Below are positions 35,986-49,400 of a DNA stretch of 64,000 bases, piece after piece (the first letter of the stretch is position 1; each line of letters starts with the position of its first letter). The DNA comes from Anthoceros angustus (lineage: Eukaryota; Plantae; Anthocerotophyta): NCBI GenBank assembly GCA_010909165.1, contig VJWM01000219.1, positions 246,564-310,563 on the forward strand, given 5' to 3'. The notes under the pieces were generated by a model that searched no databases, had not been told where the DNA came from, and worked only from the letters and a program-made list of their open reading frames with translations. The translations under genes and the position numbers were made by a program.

Positions 35986-38154
35986 GGCGGCAACTGGGGG
36001 GCTGGCCGGCTCCTGGCGCCGATCAGGCTGTGAGGGGCGGGGCCGGGGGCAGCAGGAGGAGGAGGAGCGGGGAGATGGCGGCGGCGGGAGATGGAGCAGG
36101 AGGGAGAAGCGGAGTCGGAGTGGCACCACACTCTCCGATCCGATCAGGCGCTGCTGCTGCTGCTGTTGCTGCTGATGCTGCTGCGGCTGCTGCGCATCAT
36201 GGCTCCTCGGAGTCCAGCTGACAGCGGCTCCGTCAGTGCGGCCTCCTTCTTGTGGTAAGCGGCTCCGGCGGTTTTACCTCACCGCGCTAGCTAGGGGAGG
36301 CGCCAAGGGAACAGCCTGTTGCCCGCTACCGTCACGTTCGCGTGCCTGTCGTGCAGCTGTCACCGGAAGAGCAGGTCGGCCGCGAGCGACCGACACGCGC
36401 CGGGAACGGCAACGGGGAGGGGAACGGGTCACGCTCGGGGCTCCGTGCGACAACATTGCCTTACCCATCCCCCCACGTACGCTCCACGTACAGCCTCTTA
36501 TTACATACTCTTTCACACTTTTCACAACTTCATTAACCATATGCTCGGAACATAAACCATGCTACGGCCCGCACTCCTAGTAACCGGAATCATCATCGCT
36601 GGGTACAACGTTATGAGCGTTTATGTGAAGCTTGTGAAGTTTTAAGAAGGGGACTCTTCTGACCAGCCCCTCTAGTCCTTACACCCTTGTTAGACTTTTT
36701 CTTGCATATTATTCTTTCATCTGAAAAATGGTATGCACTCCCTTGTTTTGAGAGCCTCCTATGTTTGAAGGCCTTCATATTCTGTAGGAACGCCCTTTTC
36801 TTCAACAAGGATATGCTTGTGCAAGGGATGCAAACTCAATAAGTTCTACTAAATACATCTAATTTCTCTTATCGCTGTAACAAGAACTCTCCTTGAATGG
36901 CTTTAAATATTCTTATGGTGGATGCTTCAAGTCTTGTGATGCTTCAAGTCTTATGTGATGTCACAAAAGTGAGTAAATAGGCCGGGCTTGTAGTGAACCC
37001 TAAACCCCATGCATAAGGTAGATTTGATAAAATGGAGCATGGTGTCCTAGCAGATAACCACTTCTCTATCAAAGGTAAATGATGGGTTGACGCCAAGGTG
37101 GCTGATGGAATGGCACATGCCTCTCAGCCACCAATAGGGCTCATGTTTAATAGGCAGTAGGCAGCAGGCATCTCGAATCACAGGTGTCCTTTCGGCTTTT
37201 CGGACAGTTTGGGCGTCAGCAACTCAGCAACCTCTTCCATGGGATTTAGTGGTCATCCAGTTATCAAGGCGACTTCTCGACTTAGCTGCCATGCAGCACG
37301 AAATATCTTTCGTTCGAGGAAACCCTGACACATCTAGCGAACACCTAGCAAACGGTCCAGGACAGAGAGTTCTGATATCGCAATTCCTGCCACAACTGTA
37401 ATAAGAAGGGATACTGCCTGTCTACAGAAGCGTTTTAGGTCCGTGGCGTTGTGCTTGCACGAGTGCGTAGCCAAACAAAGGTTACATGTTTTTATTCTTA
37501 GACCTATTAGGCTTTGAGTCCATGGAAGTGCTTATGCACCGGAAAAGACACTTGTGAAACACAACTTGAGTACCGTACCCTCTGATGCATGGGTAATCAA
37601 TCTAGCAAAACCCCTAGCTGGAGGATCACGTGATTGCCTGCAAAGGTGACTAGCTATAGTTCCAAGTCGCAGCATGCATTCTCATCAAACATCATATCCT
37701 CAAAAACATGCCCACGCCATCTACCTTCCTGAACGATGGCAAGAAAACACCATTGCTGCTGTCTAGTGGGACTGACTGCCCTGGTGCTTAAGTAGGCTCT
37801 GCTCCGAGTGACTCACCAGGCGGTCCATTCCTTCGAACCATTTCATCAACACCTCCCAGACTTCATACCACATACCGGAAGCAGGCAAAAGTGGGTAGTA
37901 TCCTTACCTTCCTCCTGTTGCACCGCGCAGCCCTAAGAGATCAGCCAGACATGTTTACGCACTACAAGGTTAGTCACACACAGCCAGAGACCCTTTCCAT
38001 GACAGCATACCAGGCAACGAGTCCCATGCAGAGACCCGAAACACCGAATCACAGTACACAGGGTATCTGCTGGACAGTGAAACCCATGCTGCAACATGCC
38101 CAGACGCTAACAGGCGTAGGCGTTTCCCCAGAAGATACTAAAACCAGGGATACT

Positions 38155-39273
38155 TTATCCGCTGGCCACAGCGCCAACATCTGCAACTCGGGGCTTTTTA
38201 CTGCTGGGAGATTCCTGTGATAATGCAAACCTACACACAGTCACCAAAAAAAAAAAATCAGTAAGAGAAACAACAATTCGTCGTCACCCAGTTGCTTATT
38301 TGCGCGTTTATGAATTGCGAAGCCATCCTTACATACGCTGTTTCACAGACTAGGAAGCCTCACCTTTCAGCTCGTGCCTTCCTCTTCTCGATTTCTGCGG
38401 AATCAGATTTTACTTCCAGACCAAACCTTGCCGCACGAGCTTTCTTCTTCTCATCATCCAGAGCAGGTGATATTACCTTAACCTCCTTCCCTTGGACAGC
38501 ACCAAACCTGTACCACATGGAAGCACATTTTACAATTCCAACCTGCAACCCTAATAGATTTGGCAGTTGAAGGCCAGTATGACAACAAAGGCACAACAAA
38601 GCGATCTGGCATGAAGTAACCAAGCACACACACTGTACCTTGCTGCTCGTGCTTTTCTCTTCTCAGACTCCGCTTCCTTCGAAGCAGGATTGCTGCTCTT
38701 TAGGCCTTCCTCCGTGCCACCGCTGTTAGCCCCAAATCTGTAAGCGTTGTATATTTTGTCAGCGGATCGACATGGTCAAGACGGACAAAGATAAGGCGTG
38801 GAATCCACAAGCCGGGGGAGTACGACAGCCAACCTTGCTGCTCGGATGTTACGCTTCTCAGACTCGGATATCTGCAACTCAAGGCCAAATCGTTCCGCTC
38901 GGCGTTGTTTCTTCTCCAGATCGGAAGAGGGAGTAACAGCAGAGGGACTCGTTCGTGTATCTTCATGCGATGCAGCAACCTCTACTGGGGCACCGCTGCA
39001 AGGTTCGGCGCCCTCATTCGACGGGGCGCTAGCAGTAGCATCCGCCAGTGTGTCCCCTGCTATGCTGGACTCGACGGGTTGATTTTCAGCCGCCTCCGCA
39101 GCTCCTAGTCTTGCAAGGACCAACTTCTTGGTCTTAGGGCTGATTTTCCTTTTGTCCAGATCCAATGGTATCGCAGGCACACCTTCTTCCAAAGACCTGC
39201 TAGGCTTCTCTTGCACCACCTCTGTTGAGGCAGGTTTGATGCCCCCGGAGTCCAACCCTACTGCGGTAGCCAT
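38155..39273 (-). CDS. MOS11: MOS11/Tho1 (SARNP/CIP29-like) mRNA export factor
   Basis: Repeated EKK..RAERFG / RAARFG motifs (SDLEKKQRRAERFG, SEKRNIRAAR, DEKKKARAARFG, EKRKARAERF). ATG at 39273; last exon ends ...VASG* at 38155. Confidence 0.85.
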
Positions 39274-41894
39274 AAAACCGTGTCCCACGAGGAAAACACA
39301 AGCCAAGCCTACAAGTCTCGGCAGAAACAAGGCAACGCACCACGCTCCACCTTCCCGGCCTCTGCAGAGACCTCTCACGTCGTCAGTCGGCAGAGAGCGT
39401 ACACGCAGGCCCAGCTCACCGTCTAACCCTAATCTTGACGCGAGAAACAGCGGACCTACGCTCGTCGTCACACCCTTCAGGTACCGACAGAACTGTTGCT
39501 CCAGATATCGGACTTACAGAAGCTAGTAATACCCAAATAACAATAGAATTAACAATGCCCCCAGCTGTGTTTTGTGAGTGCAGCACGTTCTAAATTTATT
39601 TCCGTACCACTATGACGTTATATAGCTGCCCGACTTTGTACACGTGTTCGTTTCCTAGGTTTCTTTATTGTGAGATTTTAAGTTTATAACTCTCCTAGAT
39701 AATTTTTTATACTAGGCACTTAGAATATCTTCAAGAATAACATATAGCCACCGCTGTTAAGCGAATACAATTAATAGAATTTCGAGCTTTACAAGCTTCA
39801 ACAAAAACTAGCATAACCAAGTGATGGGATTGATAAGGCTTGATGAGGTCTCAAGTCTTTATATAGGGGAGAGAACATCTCAAGTTTAGAACTTACTATA
39901 AAAAGCAATACCCAACATAAGTCTAGAGTATTCTAAAATATTATTTGATAAAATAAAAATAATTATTTATAAATCATTAAATAGATTATATTTTCCAAAC
40001 TATATAAGTGCATGTATAGTATTCAAAAAAGGATAAAAGCTTTGGCGATTTAAGTCTACCATATTATTCTATATCGAGGTAGCCAGATCCATTACTCGAT
40101 CTCTTTCTATTTATAACTATAAGCCTACTTTTAACATATATAATCATGACATTATAGGAATCATAGGCAATTTTTAGATTCGGAGCATAATTGCTCCCTC
40201 TTGCACTAACCCTTGGGATCCCTTGTGTTGTCTTTCAAAGGTAGATGAGTTAACCCCCACCTCTTCTCTTTTAATGAAAACCATCATCTCTTTTTTTGCT
40301 ACCTATTCAATTATGTACTTTCGAAGTACTACCAATAGCGTCCCTCACTACGCAGCCAGTAAGGAAGCGGCAAGTACTGGCTTCCTAGTGGTAGAGACTT
40401 GCATAACTCTAAGCGCTCTCAACCTCACGATGCAGCACTAGGCTCCAAGTAACCCGCTATCAACTGACGACTCGTAGGCCACCTCCTCAAGGTAGTGCTC
40501 TTTATTCATAGAATACACACTTGAGTCTGGCTATCTATACCAAACTGGCTATAGCCCTTGACTCAACGACGAGCTCACTAGCTAAAACAGCGTCTGTTTA
40601 GAAAGGGGTCTTGGAAAAAATCCCAACCCTATTTCGCCGGAAACTGAAGTTGGTTTGGTTTTTGTAGGTGTTCATCCATCGGTTTCGGGCATTCTCGGCT
40701 CCGGCACCACTTCCTGCCGAGTCATTTACTGTACCGGCGCCTTATACTCGAGTTCATGGCGATTTAGTCGTGTGATGAAGGGCCGATGACCTCATTGTTC
40801 CATAATTTCGTCATGTCCGTAGTTTCTGCATTTTGTGTGGTTTTTTATGTTTTTGTATACCAGGGGGGCCTAGGCGCGCATAAGTGCACACCTAAACGAC
40901 GCTATGTGCAAACTTGTGCAGTACTTGCCAAGAGCGAAAATGATCTTCTAATGGGAAGCATGTCCTTTTTCGCGAGGATGTCTTAACTCCCGACAAAATA
41001 ACAAGTAGCAGACATCGGCGGAGATTCACCTAGACCACTCTTATATACCTATCCTATGCCCTAATGCGACAAAGAACACCATATCCCCTTTTTATTCTTT
41101 ACGGTGTTTCCGTCTCTTTCGACGGCGACCTAGTACCGGGTTATCATCAAACATGCCAGGGGGGCCCAACTAGGTGAACAAGTGCATGCACCAGGGGGCA
41201 AGGAGGTCGGAAACTGTCGCAGCTTACATCTAACAGCAACATCGCAATCATTACAGTGTTGGACGATACAAACATTTAGAGTTTTAGGGCTTTGCAGAAT
41301 TCAGTGTAAACTTGTTTGCGCTAACCTTTCATTCATACTAGCCAATCCTGTGACTATACTCGCCTCAGAATTTTGGGACTTTTTCCTTAGACATTGGGAC
41401 AATAATATCTTCTTTGGCTGATGCTCTTGATCCACGTCTAGTGCGAGAATGAGAGTGGCATGGTGCACTTAGAGGCGACCTCGCCAAACATCTCAAGATT
41501 CAAAAGATGCAAAAGGTTCTCACTACTAGTTCAAAGTTTTAACCACTAGAAAAGATGAGGTTAAGTAAAGATAAGAACATATCCACATTAGGGAGCTGCA
41601 CAAAAAAGGTTGAAAACGTCGAAAGGAACCCTTTAAAACAATAAAAATATCAAAACAAATACAAAAAATTGTCAAAATTTGAAAGCAAGTGCGCGCACTT
41701 GCCTCAAAAAACTGGATTTTTTTGTAATTTTTTTAGGGGTGTTTAGGGTTTTTTTAGACTTTTTGCTCATTTTTTCTTTGGATGAACCGTCTGGGAATGC
41801 ACTAGGAGGCATGAACCATTTGGGTTCATGCTCCCAAGCCCTTCTTGACCTTGGGTGCGCGCACTTGTGTGCACACTTGGGCCTCCTTGCCACA

Positions 41895-42145
41895 GTGCGC
41901 GCACCGGCATCCTGCCCAGTGCGCGCGGTGCGCGCACCGGCATCCTGCCGTGGTGCGCGCTGAAGTGCGCGCACCGGCATCCTGCCCAGTGCGCGCACAA
42001 GTGCGCGCACCGGCATCCTGCCCAGTGCGCGCGGTGCGCGCACCGGCATCCTGCCCACGGTGCACGCGCTGCGCGCACCGGCATCCTTGCCCCTGCGCTG
42101 CAAGTCGCTGCCTGCCCCTGGTGCATGCACAAGTGCGCGCACCGG
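41895..42145. repeat. GC-rich minisatellite built on the palindrome GTGCGCGCAC
   Basis: TGCGCGCACCGGCATCCT occurs six times at 33-37 bp spacing, plus a seventh partial copy. Confidence 0.92.
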
Positions 42146-42551
42146 CCGTCCTTGTCCTGGTGCACACAGGCCCCTTGCCGTGGTGCGCAATCATGTCGGT
42201 TGAAAAAGCCGACGAGAATGGGACTTTAGGTTTTGCCACGCTTGCAATCTACAATCTCAAATAACGTGTATCAAAACAATTATTCAAAAGGTTGCGGGTA
42301 ACATGTCTGTGATATCAAAAAGCAGATTATAATGCGGATTTTTCAAGTGCAAGGGCCCAGCCAGTCCGTGTCGAAGGGTTTGAGAAACCCTAACGACTGT
42401 TCTAAGGTCTCCACAGCTCTTCATTTAGTGGTTGTAGCAATTCCTCTCTAATATGAGATTGCATGAAGCATGCAACACTACAGGACAGCTACTAATTAGC
42501 TTCTTACTTCTTTTGACTTTTCACCTTTCTATCTTGTTTCACTAGTGCCGT

Positions 42552-43850
42552 TACTCTCTCCCCCACTAGGAAGATGTCATTATCCTCAATGACCTCCAGT
42601 GTAACGTGAGATCATCCATGACCCTTGTTGCACATCTTCAAGTGAAACCCAGACAGGATCTGCATTACCATGAAGCAATTACCAGAACCTCTGGTACATA
42701 ACCATGAACAGTAGGCGCTTCTCTCTCTGCCAGGAATTCAAGAATCTCCCGCAGTACATGAGGTCCGTGCTGAACCAGGATGACAAAATCCTTTCTGTTC
42801 ATATCCTCACTCTTTTTCGAAATCATAAATGGTTTCAACAAAGAGACATGGAACACATTATGAGAGAAGATCCATTCAAGCAGTTGTAGTTGTAAGCCAC
42901 ATTTCCAATGCGCTGCAGAACTATCAAAGGTCCTCCATACTTAGGCCTAAACTTTGAAGTCAACCCTTGTGGTAGTGGAAAATTTTTCAATTTCACCCAC
43001 ACCTTGTCACCTACTTGAAATTCTGCCTCTTTCCTATGCCTGCCAGCAAATTTCTTTTGCCTTTCTTGAGCTTTGGCCAAAATCTTCTTAGCAACTTTAT
43101 GACTAGCCTTCAATTGCTTTATAAACTCACAAGGTTCTCTTGTTGCTACTCAAACACTTCAGCATTCAACATGTAAATTATGTCCATTGCTTCATTACCT
43201 CTCATCTGAAAAGTTGTGTAGCCCGTGGAGCTATGTACAGTGTTATTATAACAAACCTCTGCATCCTCGAGATGTTCACTCCAGTATATAGTGTCGTAAG
43301 TATTCTTGGATTTTGTTCACCCTCTGTGTTGATCCATCTGTATTAGGGTGGTACCTTGTGCTCAAACATAATTGCACTGCTAAGCTCTTCATAAGCTGCT
43401 GCCCAAATTCTGCAGTGGATCTGGGATTCTATCACTCACAATCTATATAGGCAGTCCATGTAACACATATACATGCTTCTTGAACAACTGAGCAACTTCA
43501 AAAGCTTTCACTCACTTCTTGGTAGAGATTAAGTGTGCTTGCTTGTTGAACCTATCAACCACTATCATGATAGTTGTGTGTCCATTACTGGATGGTAATG
43601 GCATAATGAAATCCATTGACATACTTTTTCAGGGCCCACTCGGAATAGGCAAGAATTGCAACAAACCCCGCGGATTTGTCTGCTCTACCTTATCCTGCTA
43701 ATAATCTACACAAGACTTAACATACTCTACATTATGCTTGTACGGGTGCATGCATGGATGGGTGTACCACTTAGAGTAATAATGCAAGTAACATCTTAAA
43801 AGTCTCACTTTTTGTCACTATGAGGAGGAACCTGTTGTATCTCCTAAACT
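42552..43850 (-). mobile_element. Degenerate Ty3/gypsy remnant (integrase, possible chromodomain, PPT)
   Basis: Minus strand: EYVKSC zinc-binding region, SMSMDFIMPLP..GHTTIMIVVDRFNKQAHLI, AQERQKKFA..R....FQVGDKVWV, P.YGGPLIVLQRIGNVAY, FHVSLLKP, then PPT GGGGGAGAGAG near 42552-42565. Confidence 0.88.
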
Positions 43851-43875
43851 ACGAGTTCAATGAAGATAAAATACT

Positions 43876-44280
43876 ATGAGCAGAATCAAATACGCATATC
43901 AAATATACCTAGCAAGTTTCAGCTCTATTGGAGAAGCAAAGAAGAAGAGAACGTTCGTCATATTGTTATACCATATGGATGTTCGTCTAAGACTCTCTAG
44001 GGAGCTCTTTGTTTTTCTTATCCGCTTCTACTCCAGGCTCCAAGTGTTGCAGGCACACACTAATCTGCAGGGCTAGAATATATTTATCACTGATGATTTA
44101 ACCAAGTTGCAGGTCAAGATTAAGCAGGCCCAGATGCCTGCCTTCAGGGAGGCTCTTGCAGAAGGGAAAATCGCATTTTTTCATGGTGACTGCCTAATTA
44201 TCAAGGATGCCTCACGTGACAAGGATGAGTTTCCGGTCTTATGAGGATCTGCGGCCCGCAAGGCCTACTCCGGGTGCGTC
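43876..44280 (+). mobile_element. LINE ORF1 C-terminal fragment
   Basis: RLQVLQAHTNLQG*NIFITDDLTKLQVKIKQAQMPAFREALAEGKIAFFHGDCLII, homologous to 46487-46650 and ~52930-53100, which sit directly upstream of LINE ORF2. Confidence 0.65.
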
Positions 44281-45529
44281 CTCATGCTAACAACTGTGTG
44301 GAATGCAAAGTTTGGGCAACCAATCCAAGAGAGCCGGAGGAAGAACGGGCTCGATTTTTTTTGGCTAAAAACAATTGAAGGGGATCATGCCGGGAATTTT
44401 CTGGAATTCGTGAAGCTGGAGTTGTAGGATACTATTAAGAAAGCATAGAGGGTATCCTGAAAAGCGAATTGACGACCCTCAAAGTAGACAGGAAGGCGTC
44501 AAAGGCGGTAGGGTGAGACTCGCCGTGGGCACCACACTATGCCTGTGGTGAAGGAAGAACAGACTACCATGGTAGGTCAGCGGACTCATGATGGGTCTCT
44601 AAAAAAGGAAATTAGGTTGGGGGATATCCACTATATATGCTCACCAATAGGGAATAAATAAATAGAGTTAATTAGAAGGTGATTAATTAGAGGTTGCAAA
44701 TAGGATAGGGAAATAGGTAGTTTAGGTATGATTAGGAATTTTAGGATGTTGAACCAGATCGAGGGTTGGGAACTCTCCAGGTGGCAGCAATCCAAGGAGG
44801 GCAAAGTGTAGTTTGGGCAGCACCAACTCCCTCTTCGAACTGAGGTGTCCTCACTTCGCGAAGAGCTGAGACTGGAGCTGGACCGTAAGCACAAGAGGAG
44901 AGGAGAAAGCCGCCATCTCCCTCACCATCACCACCGCGGTTGAGTCGAGCGCAAAAGGGAGCTAGGCCCGCGAGCTGAAGAAGGAGAGGAAACCCTAGCC
45001 GGAGCAAGGAGAAGAAGAGGAAGGTGCCGAGCGCTGAGGAGCATTCTATGAGGTCAAGGAAGGTGTGGAGCCTGGTTGGGCACAAGTGCTAGAGGCGGTG
45101 GTTAAGGGCAGGAGGCGCGAGATTAGGGCACCCAGAACGTCGCAGCTGTGGGAATTAAGAGCGCAAGGAGGAACGCCCGACTACCTTACTGGCGGCGCCT
45201 TGCCCTGGGGAGGACCACAAGGAAGAAATTGGCAGCAGCTGGAGGGCGCACGCCAATACTAACGGTTGCAATTGTGTCACAGGCAGGGTTTGTTGCCAGT
45301 CGCGAGAAGGAGAAGCACTTGAGAACGAAGCCCTGAGGCTGCCGGAGGCTGGAATTGGGGAGTAATTCCTTCCACACTTTGAGCCCTTGGGAAGTAAGAC
45401 GCCGCCATGCCTCGAGCAGGGAAAGGCAAGGGGAAGGAACCGCCCGCCAAGGGCTCGTCCTCAAGAGGAGGAAGAGGAAAGAAGGCGGCAGCGGAGGCTG
45501 CACCGCCAGGAGGAGGCAACTTCGAAATG

Positions 45530-46166
45530 CCTGGATGTAGCCATCTATCAGTTTCAATCCTGAGACGGTGAGACCCGACACGAAGATGACCCGTAATCAT
45601 CCTCATTAGGCTTGAAAGACACATGGGTGCGAAGATAGAGAGGAAGCACAGGTTTCCCGGACTTGGAAACGATGCGAAAAAGCTTTGTGGGTCTTGACAG
45701 TGGGTAAGGGAGAGAGGAGACAATTATAGGACAAATAGGTAGTCAACAACAAAAAGGTAGGCAAATAGGTAGTCAAATAGGTAGGCATAGCTCACCAAAC
45801 CAAACCAAACCAAACCAAACCAAACCAAACCAAACCAAACAAACCAAACCAAACCAAACCAAACCAAACTTGTCCAAACCAAACCAAACAAACCAAACAA
45901 ACCAAACCAAACAAACCAAGTATACACCATGTAGCATCTAGCTAAGACCACGATCCGCACACTCCAAATCCAACTTCATTCCACCTCATCAATATATAGG
46001 CCAAACAAGTTTGGAGAAGATGGATTCCATGGCGGACTACCATATTGCTAGGTAAATCCAAGAGGCATGCCATGAGGTAGAGAAAAGCGATGATGGACGG
46101 ACACAAGGTCCCGAAGGCATGCCATGAGGTAATAGTAGTACGATCAATGCATGATAATAGTAGTAA

Positions 46167-46201
<35 letters not shown>

Positions 46202-46440
46202 TAGTAGTACACGACTCTCCAAACGAAAACCTAATATTCCAGTTGAACAAAATCATACTTGGAAGTAATCGCAGGCATGAAAAGGGCCACCATCCCTGCG
46301 ACCGCCCGCGCGAGAAAGAGGGGCACCGTGACGTGCGAGGGGCCGCGGCGTGGAGGGTGGAAGCAATGTGAGGTATATGGCATGTGCAGGAGAAGGAGCG
46401 TGGTGCTATGCTACCAGGCAACGACACCGGATCCCATCGG
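45530..46440 (-). mobile_element. Deleted LINE derivative copy 1: GC-rich head + RT fragment + (TTTGG)n + LINE 3' segment
   Basis: Minus strand encodes DLPSNMVVRHG and the PNLFGLYIDE RT fragment, then (TTTGG)n at 45795-45919, then GHLRVGSHRLRIETDRW. Contains a (TAG)n tract at 46155-46210. Confidence 0.8.
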
Positions 46441-46486
46441 ATGAATGGCCTGCACTAATTTATAAAATATTTTATCGCGGATGATT

Positions 46487-49400
46487 TAATTAAGATGTGT
46501 GTCACCCGGAGTCTCGCCGTGGAGGCTCAAGGGCGTGAAGATAGCATTTTTTCATGGTGACCGTCTTATTATTAAGGATGCCTCACGAATGCAGGATGGG
46601 TTTCCGGAGTTATGAGGTTCTGCGGCCCGCAAGGCCCACTCGGGGGGCATCCTTAGGATGGCCTCCTGGAATTGCAATGGATCTTTATGGGCACAACCAG
46701 GTGGTATGCTCCACCTTACAGCGGGCCACGACTTGATCTTTCTCACGGAAACTCACGAACACCAGGCCAGAAATCTCCCCACTTTTCCCAATTTCCTTTC
46801 CTTTTCTTTATTCAGGAATTATGTTTCTTCCAAGACACCCAAAGCTGCGGGTGGTGTGGCTTGCTTTTTCCGATCTTCTCTCTCACAATTCATCACTGTG
46901 GCAAGGGAGGACTCTTTGGCGAGAGTTTTGTGGATCGGGGTCTCGGCAATGATTCTTCCATCTAATCATTTATTCATAGCATGTTGCTATTTTCCACCTC
47001 GGGGTTCTCCCATGCAAAGGCCGCCCTCCTATGACATTTGAAGACCTTTGAAGATCTCATGCATTTTATGCCTCTTGGGATATCTTGTTGGTTGGAGACT
47101 TTAATGCTTGGACATCCTCGAGCAATCTCCTATCTATGCACGGATGACCAACAAAAGTTATTCCACTTGATCTTCGAGGTTGGCCTCGAGAAGGTCGATG
47201 ATCCGCACTGGTTAATGTTTTGGCGGGGCTCTTCTCAACTGGTGGAGTCACACAACTATTTATTTTCAATGGACTTCCTCAATGGCACGGGAGTGAGAGG
47301 ATTACCCACTATGCTCCTTGGTCAACTTCTGCCCTTGATTACGTCATTGGAGGCTTCCTTTCTTCTATTCACCAATTGCGGTCTCGACTTCAAGCCTCTT
47401 GAGTCGACCATGTCTTCATTCTTGGCATATATCCTATGACAAACGATGCTGCTCCAATCCCACAAGTCTTCTAGAGTCCACTTTTCCCTCAACCATCGCC
47501 TTGCTTCCCAATACTCCTCTCTTCTAAAAAGTCCTTGGCCATTCCTCTTGGCCTTCCCTTCTCCCAACAAGCCACGCTTTCACCGCCATGCTATCTTACG
47601 CATAAAATCTTTCCCCTAAACCTTGTCATCTGTCAAGCTCTCCAACACCGCTCCTCGCCACCCTTGGTTTGATGATGAATGCAAACGCCCGCCCATACTC
47701 ATAAGTGCCTCCGTGCTCTCAATGTCCCATCCAAGTCTCATCATTCCCATGTACAAGGCAATTGTCAAGCCTTATAAGGCTCTTATTGCTCAAAAGTCCG
47801 CTTTTCCTCCCAGTGATCGCCTCTTGAGGCTTCTCGGAATCCCGGTGGCGCTTTTTGGAAGGAGTTTCCATTCTCATCGAACAATCTTATTGGAGGCCTC
47901 CCCGAGCTTATCAAGTATGTGCAAACTCTTCTTCCGGAATCCCTCCTCCTTAGGTCTCGATCCGGGATCAAGATGTTCACTCGACCTCATCCTCAGCCAT
48001 CAACAACTCGGATCTGGGAGAGCCTCGACCGCAGATATCCCGGAGAACTTTTCTCATGCCTCCTTACTATTGCTCCTCCTTAGCGCTTTGTTCAATGAGG
48101 CTTTAGTCCATGGTTTTCTGAGGCATGGTGTTGGAATGACATCCATTCCATCTTCAAGACAGTGATCCAGCCCCAATTACGGTATATCATGGTTGAGTCC
48201 ATCTTTGCAAAGATCTTTAGCGCTCTTGCAAATTCTCACTACTTCTTGGGCCGAGAATGTTGGATCGAGCACAGGCCAGTGGGTTTCGTCCGAGCGGAAT
48301 ACCCAGGATAACCTTTTCACTCTTATTGCTATTATCCAGGAGGCCAAGAGCAGGCGGAGGGATAACAAACATGTCTATGTTTGTTTTGTTGACTTCAAAA
48401 GAGCTTTCGACTCCATCTCCCGCGAGAAGCTCTTTGCCCGGTTTCATAGGTTGGGGATGCCTGCTCATCTTTTACATGCCATACAGGTTCTCTATGAAAA
48501 GGTGAAGGCAAAGATCCGCACTCCCTATGCTGCTTTTGACCTTTTGGATTTGCTTTGCAATTTGGGAGTGCGGCAGGGAGATCCATCTTCTCCCAACTTA
48601 TTTGGCTTATTCATTGATGAGCTGGAGTCTTGGATTGCGGAGTCTGGGGACCCTGGCTGCCTCCTCTCCTTGGTATATATAGCTATTCTCCTGTATGCAG
48701 ATGACATTGCTCTTTTGTCCCATTCTCCTGAGGGCCTCCAACAGCAACTAAACACATTGTCCCGCTTCTCCGCAGAGAGAGATTTGGAAGTGAACTTGAA
48801 GAAGACCAAGGTCATGTTTTTCAACCAACATCTGTCAGACAATTTGAAGTTCTTCTATAATGGTGAACTGTGGAGGTTGTTCGATCTTATGTCTACCTTG
48901 GAGGCACTCTCTATGGCCCAACACTCCGATGGAAGCTCTGCCTCTGCCGCATTGTCAAGGGTGTGGCATCTGCTTGTGGGGTTCGGAGACAGTGCTCTAG
49001 GATGCACATCAAGGACATCCCCACTCGAATGGCTCTTCAACACGTTGTTGTTCCTTGACTATGTATGCGAGTTTTGGGGACCCTATCTCCCTCGACGATG
49101 CAAGGTGGAGGAGATTCAACGTCCTTTCTTGACCCCATTGCATGTAAGAAGTCTCCCTTGCCATCTTTCTTGCGAGTTTGCCACTTTCCGCTTGAACTTG
49201 AGGGTCTATTTCGCCTAACCAACTTCCTATACCGCCTTTACTCTTTAGAAGAAGCCCATTCTAATCACCCCACCTCCACTCCCTCATACCTCCTTCTTGC
49301 ATTCCAATCCTCCAGTTAGCCTCCTCGGGCAAGACTGTTGGTATGCTCGTCTTCTTCTGGTGGAGAAGTTTGGATTACATCGAGAGTCTTCCGCCCACCC

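Noticed and set aside
36600-38100. Possible additional gene between the transporter and MOS11
   Set aside because: Only short ORFs without recognisable motifs; a few splice-like signals are compatible with MOS11 3' UTR introns.
41672-42264. Several 120-170 aa ORFs on both strands
   Set aside because: Products of a GC-rich minisatellite that lacks stop codons; no protein-like complexity.
45795-45919. (CCAAA)n tracts as true telomere or interstitial telomeric repeat
   Set aside because: Not the plant TTTAGGG motif and embedded at a fixed position within a repeated element. Kept only as a hypothesis under the derivative-element finding.
46037-46222. Poly-Tyr/poly-Leu/poly-Ser ORFs
   Set aside because: Translation of a (TAG)n microsatellite.
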